A stretch of DNA of 64,000 nt from Spirochaetia bacterium (GTDB lineage Bacteria > Spirochaetota > Spirochaetia > DSM-2461). This document shows positions 57,844 through 64,000 of the stretch, piece after piece. A program made the position numbers and the translations under genes. The notes under the pieces are model-generated. The model saw only the letters and a list, made by a program, of their open reading frames with translations, made no database searches and had not been told where the DNA came from. The stretch lies in the NCBI GenBank assembly GCA_963666985.2, contig CAXXIA010000002.1, forward strand, positions 2,592,001-2,656,000. The letters run 5' to 3'. The stretch's first letter is position 1. Every line of letters begins with the position of its first letter.

Positions 57844-58443
57844 TCATCCGACGAGTTTACGGATTTCGGCCTTTCCCTGGGTAAGAACTTCGGCGTACTG
57901 CTCGTCCAGCCGGGAGAATTCTTCCGAGAGGATTTTACCGAACTCAGGGTCCTGTTCCGGGGTGAGTTGAACGGCTCGTCCGGTTTGCTGCCTGAGCTGC
58001 TGCTCTTTTTGCCTCAGCCGGGGTTCCCACTGGGTTCGTAAGTGTTCCTCGATTTGCTTCAGATTATCCAGGTATTGCTTGAAGAGGTCGGAAAATTGAT
58101 TCATCAGATAGTCGAGGGTTTTCGCGTCCGGTCCTTTCTTCGGGCCGATGCTTTTAACGGCGTCGGAGATAATAGGGAATTTCGAGATGTCGGTTTCATA
58201 GCGGGGGAGGGTGAGGTTGGCCAGGAGGGCCTCCAGGAGTCCTTCCCGGGCCCATTTGGCTTCGTCGTCTTTCAGTGAGTCCAGTTCTTTTTCCAGGGAG
58301 ACGGCGCTCGGATCCGCGATGTAGCGTCCGGCAATGGTTTTTCCCTTCTTTATCGATTCGTCCCGGTGAACCGCTTCTTTATCGATAACGACGTTGGCCG
58401 TTCGTTCCAAGGCCAGTTCCAGGGCTGATTTGATTTTGCTCAT
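57844..58443 (-). CDS. Conserved helical hypothetical protein (DUF6657-like)
   Basis: MSKIKSALELALERT N-terminus, coiled-coil composition, AAGGAG RBS. Confidence 0.7.
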   Translation of the reverse strand: MSKIKSALELALERTANVVIDKEAVHRDESIKKGKTIAGRYIADPSAVSLEKELDSLKDDEAKWAREGLLEALLANLTLPRYETDISKFPIISDAVKSIGPKKGPDAKTLDYLMNQFSDLFKQYLDNLKQIEEHLRTQWEPRLRQKEQQLRQQTGRAVQLTPEQDPEFGKILSEEFSRLDEQYAEVLTQGKAEIRKLVG

Positions 58444-58634
58444 GTCGTCTCCTTTGTTGAACTAAGATAAGCCTGATAAGCCGGGTCGGCAAGATTGTTG
58501 ATGCTTCTCTTCTCCGAGGCAATTTCATAATTCATGAAATTGCTTGGAACCGACGGCTGAAATCCCTTTAGAATCAATTATAAAGGTTTTATTTCAGAAA
58601 TCGCCGATTTTTGGAATCGCCTCCTCATGTTATA

Positions 58635-59279
58635 TCATGTGTCGCGAGTGTCGGAAATGAAGATGATCTCCAAATCGGTTACCATTCCGTCGAGGCATTC
58701 ATCATGCGCATCCATGGGGACGCTTTCCATGATCTGTTCGGCATAGCCGTATCCGATGCGGAGCGGGGCTGTTTTATCGGCGGCGGCCGCCTCTTGGCGA
58801 ACCCGTGAAAGGAAGCGGTCGTAATATCCGCCTCCGCGTCCCAGCCGGCCGCCGCGTTTGTCGAAGGCCAGTCCCGGCACGATGATGAGGCTTGGGCCGG
58901 CAGCGGAGAGAAAATCCCAGAGAGGCGCCGAGGCCTGAGGCTGCCGGATGCCGAAAGGGCCTGTTTCAAAGGGACCGTTACAATCGTTGAGACGCCGAAA
59001 CTCCATGTTTTTATCTGTGATTCTCGGGGCATAGACTTTCTTGTTCTCTTTAAGCGCGGCTTTGATAAGAGGATCGGCGTTCAGTTCGCTTCCGAACGCC
59101 AGATAGAGCAGTACGCATTGCGCGTTTTGCCATGCCTCTGTTGCTTTGAGCAGAGCGCAGGCTCGGTCCGCGGCCGATTTTCGCTTGTCCTTGGGTATTC
59201 CGGCAAGGATGTGTTTCGCCGCGGTTCCGGCCGCGTTTTTTTGTTTCCGGATGTTTGCTTGTGTTTCGCCGCTGTTCAT
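58635..59279 (-). CDS. 5-formyltetrahydrofolate cyclo-ligase (YgfA/Fau family)
   Basis: VPGLAFD...RLGRGGGYYDRFL signature. Confidence 0.95.
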   Translation of the reverse strand: MNSGETQANIRKQKNAAGTAAKHILAGIPKDKRKSAADRACALLKATEAWQNAQCVLLYLAFGSELNADPLIKAALKENKKVYAPRITDKNMEFRRLNDCNGPFETGPFGIRQPQASAPLWDFLSAAGPSLIIVPGLAFDKRGGRLGRGGGYYDRFLSRVRQEAAAADKTAPLRIGYGYAEQIMESVPMDAHDECLDGMVTDLEIIFISDTRDT

Positions 59280-59513
59280 GCCGCCTCTTGAGTCTCAAGG
59301 ATGGACCGGGAAGGCGTATGGATCAAGATGGCGTGGGGGGCGCAACTTGATATGGCCGGATGAGGCGGCGAATGAGCCGCGGCTTAATGGAAGGGGGGCG
59401 GCGAAGGGTTTTGCCTCAAACGGCGCGGCATCCGGGTATCGGGAGAACGGCCTGAGCGGGAGATGAAAGAGCGATTATCGGATGGGCTTGGACCCGGCTT
59501 GGCCGGGGTCAGC

Positions 59514-59560
59514 AAAAAAAACCCGCATCGGCCGCAGTGGTGGTATGGCGAACGCGGGTT
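59514..59560 (-). terminator. Intrinsic terminator
   Basis: Minus strand AACCCGC...GCGGG followed by a T8 tract, downstream of the stop at 59598. Confidence 0.6.
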
Positions 59561-59597
59561 CTTTGTAATTCACGCCCGGGGCAACGGCGCTCTATTG

Positions 59598-60245
59598 TTA
59601 AAGCTTGACGTCTTGGGATGCGAAGCTGACGGCCATGCCGTTGGTTCGAACGGCGACAAAATCGGCCTTGGCTCCGCTCGCGCCGGGAAGATCCACGTAC
59701 CAGCCCGCGGTTTGGCCGCTGGGATCGGCGATGAGCAGACGTCCGCGCTCGGAGAGGAAGGTCAGCTTAACGGGGATGTCGGCGTAAAGATTCGCCAGCA
59801 GCAGGGGTTCGGCGTACTTGAGGGAGACCGAGTCGACGATTTCCATTTTGGAATTACTGTCGCTTTTATACACTTGAGCGCTCAGCCCGGTGGGGATGCT
59901 TTTGGAAGAGGGATTCTCGTCGTAGTTCAGCCACAGAAGCCAGGAATCGCTCATGCCCCAGGATTTGCCCTTGGGAGCCGTGTCGGAAAGAATGTGAATG
60001 CCGACGCCGCCGTGACCGTCTTCACCGCCGCCTTCGTAGCGCATGGTGAATTCATAGACCATCGATCCGTTTTGAGGGACCGAAAGCCATGCCTTGGCGC
60101 GCGGTGCTTTCACATCGTTCTGATAGAGTCGATTTCCTCTGAAGTTCCACTGTCCTTCCGGTGTGCCGTAACGGCCGTAACCGTCGGCGAAGACCATTCC
60201 CCCCGCCGTGACGACGACGAGGAAGAGAGCGAGTAACTTTTTCAT
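59598..60245 (-). CDS. Secreted hypothetical protein (beta-rich)
   Basis: MKKLLALFL...VFA signal peptide; GGAGG RBS. Confidence 0.75.
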   Translation of the reverse strand: MKKLLALFLVVVTAGGMVFADGYGRYGTPEGQWNFRGNRLYQNDVKAPRAKAWLSVPQNGSMVYEFTMRYEGGGEDGHGGVGIHILSDTAPKGKSWGMSDSWLLWLNYDENPSSKSIPTGLSAQVYKSDSNSKMEIVDSVSLKYAEPLLLANLYADIPVKLTFLSERGRLLIADPSGQTAGWYVDLPGASGAKADFVAVRTNGMAVSFASQDVKL

Positions 60246-60445
60246 GTTGCCTCCTGGTGTTCCGGTTTTTCCCCGGTAATGGTTAATGGCAATAAATTAT
60301 ATGCCTGTGTATTAATAAAAGGGTGAAAAAGGTGCTTCAGTTACGTGAAATCTTAATGAAAATATGCCGCGGCCATTGAATCCCGGGAAGAAATGCATTA
60401 ACGGCGGCATCGGATGTTAACGGAGCTTTCCTTTTCCGGTATTCG

Positions 60446-62185
60446 GTGCGATTGTCCACCCCTTCTTCCCGTGGTAATCTTTCATCCGTGAATACCTCAC
60501 GTGCATCCGTTCGTTTCGCCGTTAATGTCTGTCTGCTGCTCCTGGGAGCTTTGCTTTTTGCCCTGGGATTTCCGAATTTCATCGCCGATTGGGGATGGGC
60601 GCCGTTTGCCTGGATCAGTTTGATTCCCGTGGTTCTTTTGGTTCGCCGCGTTCCTTTGTGGGCCTCTCCGCTCTGGGGCGCCGCCTATGGGTATGCGACC
60701 TATGCCTTGTTCAATTTCTGGCTGGCGACGTTTAATCCGGTGAGCTTCGTTCTCGTGCCGACGATTTACGCCGGTTGGTTTTTTCTGCTCTTCCCCCTTC
60801 TGTCTCTAGTCGACAGAGCTTTCCCCCGATGGGGATGGGCCGCGCAGCTGCTCACCTGGGGAGCTTTCGAGGTGGTGAGGACGAAGGGGTTCATCGGATA
60901 TTCCTACGGGATTATCGGATACAGTCAGTACGGCTGGAGAAGCCTGATTTCCATTGCGGATATCTTCGGCGTGATGGGCGTGAGCATGCTGGTGGCCTTT
61001 CCGTCTTTCCTGATCGGAGGATGGCTTCTCGATTCGGGCTTTCTCGCCGTTTCCGGGAATGGTGTTTCCGGGGACATGGAATCGGCCGGGAGTTGGAATC
61101 GGCCCGATCGCCGATGGACGATTCCGGCGGCGGTGTGGGGCGTGCTGATGATCGCGGCCAATATCTACGGGGCGGCATCGAAAGTCGATTATTCGGAGGC
61201 TCCGATTTGGCGGCCCGCTTTGGTGCAGCACAACGTCAACACTTGGCTGACCGGCATCGAGGCCTGGCGTTTGGCCCTTGATGTTCTTCTGGAAGAGAGC
61301 GAGGCGGCCCTGGAGGGAAATCCGGATGCGATTATTTGGTCGGAAACGGCGTTCGTACCGTCGATTGAATGGCACGAGAAGTATCGCCGCGACCGGGATA
61401 GGGTGGAGCTTATCCACAAGCTGAAGGGTTTTCTCGTGAAGCAGGACATTCCGGTGATTCTCGGGAATAACGATTCGGTCCGGGACGGAGGGAAGAAAAC
61501 GGATTACAATGCCGTTCTTCTTTTCGACGGGGCGGATATCGTCGGGAAATATCGCAAAGTACACCTGGTGCCGTTCAGTGAGCATTTCCCGTATGCCGAC
61601 ATTTTTCCCCGGCTCATGGAATACATTCAATCTCAGGGAACGCCGCTGTACGGGAAGGGAACCGAATACACGGTTTTCGATTTGGAAAAATGGAACGGGC
61701 CCAAGGTGAGTCCGCTTATCTGTTTTGAAGATACGTTTGGCGACTTGGCGCGGAATTTCGTCGGAGAAGGGGCCGAGGTTCTGGTGAATATTACAAATGA
61801 TTCCTGGAGTCCTGAACCGGCTTGTGCCATTCAGCATCAGAACATGGCGATTTTTCGGTCCGTGGAGAACCGGCGGAGCATGGTTCGCGCCACCAATGCG
61901 GGTTTAACCTGTGTTATCGATCCCAACGGCAAGGTGCTGGAGAAGCTGGATCCTTTTACAAAGGGTTATTTGCAGGCGGAGGTGCCGGTTTATGCCGAAC
62001 GGACCACGCTTTATAATCGATGGGGCGATTGGTTTGAAAAGGTTTTGATTATTCTGGCCGTTCCGGTTTGGGCGGCGGGATTGGTTCTGGTGATGATGAG
62101 GCGCCGTATGTTTCGGCGTGAAAAGCCGGCGGACGCCGGGTTAATGGGGAAAGCCGGGACGGCGAAGAGCGGCCGCGGGAAATAA
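60446..62185 (+). CDS. lnt: Apolipoprotein N-acyltransferase
   Basis: N-terminal TMs and nitrilase triad motifs WSETA, KVHLVPFSE, ICFED; NDSW, RSVEN; start codon uncertain. Confidence 0.95.
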   Translation: MRLSTPSSRGNLSSVNTSRASVRFAVNVCLLLLGALLFALGFPNFIADWGWAPFAWISLIPVVLLVRRVPLWASPLWGAAYGYATYALFNFWLATFNPVSFVLVPTIYAGWFFLLFPLLSLVDRAFPRWGWAAQLLTWGAFEVVRTKGFIGYSYGIIGYSQYGWRSLISIADIFGVMGVSMLVAFPSFLIGGWLLDSGFLAVSGNGVSGDMESAGSWNRPDRRWTIPAAVWGVLMIAANIYGAASKVDYSEAPIWRPALVQHNVNTWLTGIEAWRLALDVLLEESEAALEGNPDAIIWSETAFVPSIEWHEKYRRDRDRVELIHKLKGFLVKQDIPVILGNNDSVRDGGKKTDYNAVLLFDGADIVGKYRKVHLVPFSEHFPYADIFPRLMEYIQSQGTPLYGKGTEYTVFDLEKWNGPKVSPLICFEDTFGDLARNFVGEGAEVLVNITNDSWSPEPACAIQHQNMAIFRSVENRRSMVRATNAGLTCVIDPNGKVLEKLDPFTKGYLQAEVPVYAERTTLYNRWGDWFEKVLIILAVPVWAAGLVLVMMRRRMFRREKPADAGLMGKAGTAKSGRGK

Positions 62186-62321
62186 CGGCCGTGGGAAGAA
62201 CCGCCGGCCGATAAACGCCGCATACGGTGAGAATGAGGTTTGTTAAGGCGGTTTTTCGCTGCGGAGTAACCGTCTGCTGCCGGAAGGCCCGCCTTTTGGA
62301 CCATAACCGGCGTGCACTATT

Positions 62322-62468
62322 GCGGCGGATTGTTGCCATGGCGGCGGCCGGATTACCGCGGCGGACGACAGCGGCCTGTTCTGGTGGGTTTTTGTGGTGG
62401 GTTGTTGCCATGGCGGCTGACGACAGCGGCCTGTGGCGGCGGATTGTTGCCATGGCGGCGGCGGATTA
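62322..62468. repeat. Degenerate short GC-rich direct repeats
   Basis: TTGTTGCCATGGCGGC at 62330, 62402 and 62444; GACGACAGCGGCCTGT at 62364 and 62419. Confidence 0.75.
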
Positions 62469-62554
62469 TGACCGCGGATCCCCGCTGCCGAGGCGGTTAT
62501 CCGGGAGAAAACCCGGAAGAAAAAATCCGGAACAAAGAGAAAAAGGAGCGGTAT

Positions 62555-64000
62555 ATGACCGATCAATCGATAGAACGGGTCCTCTCCATAATGGATGAGA
62601 TCAATCAAGTTCCCCGGCAGTCTCTCCATTTGGAAAAGATTCATCCCTGGCTCATGGAATGGGGACGTTCTCATGGATTTGAGACAACCACCGATGGGGT
62701 TCTGAATATCTTGATGCGCGTTCCCGCCACACCGGGATTCGAGAAGGCGCCGACGATTGTGCTCCAGGGGCACATGGATATGGTCTGCGAGAAGCGGCCC
62801 GACACGGAGCATGATTTTCAGAACGATCCGATTGTTTCCTACCGCGACGGGGAATGGCTGAGAGCCCGCGGAACCAGTCTCGGAGCCGATAATGCCATAG
62901 CCCTGGCGCTGTTTTTTGATCTGATCACCGACCCGGAAGCTCGGCATCCGGCGCTTGAAATTCTGATTACCTCCGATGAAGAAACCGGACTGGTGGGCGC
63001 ACAGGAACTGAGTCCCGATTTTCTCAAAGGGAAGGTTTTGCTGAACGTCGACTCGGAGGATGAGGGTGTTTTTACCATCGGATGCGCCGGAGGCATGGAT
63101 ACGAATCTTACCTTTCCCGTGGAATACGGGAGCGTTCCGGAAGATTTTCTCAGTTTTTCTCTGGAAGTCGGAGGCCTCGAAGGCGGACACTCGGGTGATG
63201 AAATCAATGAAGGCAGGGCCAATTCCAATGTCCTTATAGCCCGTGTTCTGCGGAACGTGCTCGATGCTCTTCCCGAAGCGCGGATAGGAAAAATAAGCGG
63301 CGGCAGCGCCCATAATGCCATTCCCAGAGAAGCCCGGGCCGTTATTGCCGTTCCGTCCGGCTCGGAGGCGGCCCTTAAGAGTCTTATCGCCGATCTGGAA
63401 GCCGTACTGAAGTCGGAAAATGCCGCTGTTGAGAAGAATCTGTTTTTAAAACTCGGAGAGGCGGTTCTCCCTCCCGAAGGACTTTTTGAACCGGCGGCGG
63501 CTTCCCGACTGATTGACGCACTGCGGCTGATTCCTCACGGTGTGAGGCGCATGTCGGCCGAACTCGAAGGAGTTGTGGATACCAGCATGAACTTCGCCGT
63601 TATGAAAACCGAGGGCGGGGCTGTGAAGGTTTTAACCAACCGCCGGAGTTCGGTGATGAGCTACGGAAATGATTTTTCGGCGACCATGTTCGGTCTGGCG
63701 CGGCTCTGCGGAGGCACCTATGAGACCGGGAACTATTACCCTCCTTGGGAACCCGCGGCTTCTTCCGATGTTCTCGAGAGATGCAAGAGTATTTGGAAAG
63801 GCCTTTTCGGTGAGGAACCTCTTGTGGAAGTGACCCATGCCGGACTCGAATGCGGCGCCATCGGCGCGAAATATCCCCAAATGGATTTGATTTCCTTCGG
63901 TCCGACGATTCGGCAGCCTCATTCTCCCGATGAGAGACTGTTCATTCCTTCGGTCGGTCGTCTGCGGACCTTCTTCAGGGAGCTCTTAATCAGTTACGGA
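62555..64000 (+). CDS. pepD: Aminoacyl-histidine dipeptidase (M20C), runs off the window end
   Basis: ATG downstream of AAGGAG; reads LQGHMDMVCEK, GTSLGADN, SDEETG, NVDSEDEG, GGHSG, HAGLECG; absent from the ORF track because no stop lies in the window. Confidence 0.93.
   Translation, partial: MTDQSIERVLSIMDEINQVPRQSLHLEKIHPWLMEWGRSHGFETTTDGVLNILMRVPATPGFEKAPTIVLQGHMDMVCEKRPDTEHDFQNDPIVSYRDGEWLRARGTSLGADNAIALALFFDLITDPEARHPALEILITSDEETGLVGAQELSPDFLKGKVLLNVDSEDEGVFTIGCAGGMDTNLTFPVEYGSVPEDFLSFSLEVGGLEGGHSGDEINEGRANSNVLIARVLRNVLDALPEARIGKISGGSAHNAIPREARAVIAVPSGSEAALKSLIADLEAVLKSENAAVEKNLFLKLGEAVLPPEGLFEPAAASRLIDALRLIPHGVRRMSAELEGVVDTSMNFAVMKTEGGAVKVLTNRRSSVMSYGNDFSATMFGLARLCGGTYETGNYYPPWEPAASSDVLERCKSIWKGLFGEEPLVEVTHAGLECGAIGAKYPQMDLISFGPTIRQPHSPDERLFIPSVGRLRTFFRELLISYG

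Noticed and set aside
59280..59510. 6S RNA upstream of the 5-formyl-THF cyclo-ligase gene (a common linkage)
   Set aside because: I could not see a long closing stem with a central bubble or 6S motifs; an Rfam cmsearch is needed to exclude it
60286..60306. Possible sigma54 promoter (GGCAT...TTGC) upstream of 59598-60245
   Set aside because: GG-to-GC spacing is 13, not the required 10
62322..62468. Mini-CRISPR array
   Set aside because: 16-bp repeat, irregular spacing, repeated inter-unit sequence, no cas genes

Overview
Bacterial chromosomal window, most likely from a free-living spirochaete (inferred from the gene families and the solute-binding-protein N-termini, not verified). Housekeeping genes are rdgB, nrnA, tig-clpP-clpX-lon, four tRNAs (Leu-TAG, Lys-CTT, Arg-TCG, His-GTG), yhbY, a pseudouridine synthase, rarA, a 5-formyl-THF cyclo-ligase, lnt and a pepD running off the end. 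Accessory blocks are: two RND efflux operons that each place a small P-II-like gene directly after the permease; a TetR/hydrolase pair; an ~16 kb arabinose/galactose-oligosaccharide locus (GH51, GH127, GH42, two ABC systems) between tRNA-Lys and tRNA-Arg; an IS1182-family element; and a LysR-linked catabolic cluster (flavin oxidoreductase, ABC importer, DUF35/thiolase, VOC epimerase, BKACE). Four signals stand out. (1) An array of ~180-210 bp structured non-coding units lies downstream of tRNA-Arg, with two extra copies of the tRNA 3' end. (2) The IS1182 sits where a paralogous copy has the core of a terminator hairpin, and a solo copy of its end hairpin occurs ~31.6 kb away. (3) A sigma54-type promoter precedes a divergent sigma70-like gene. 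(4) The catabolic cluster has no assignable substrate. All calls come from reading the sequence by eye; no searches were run.
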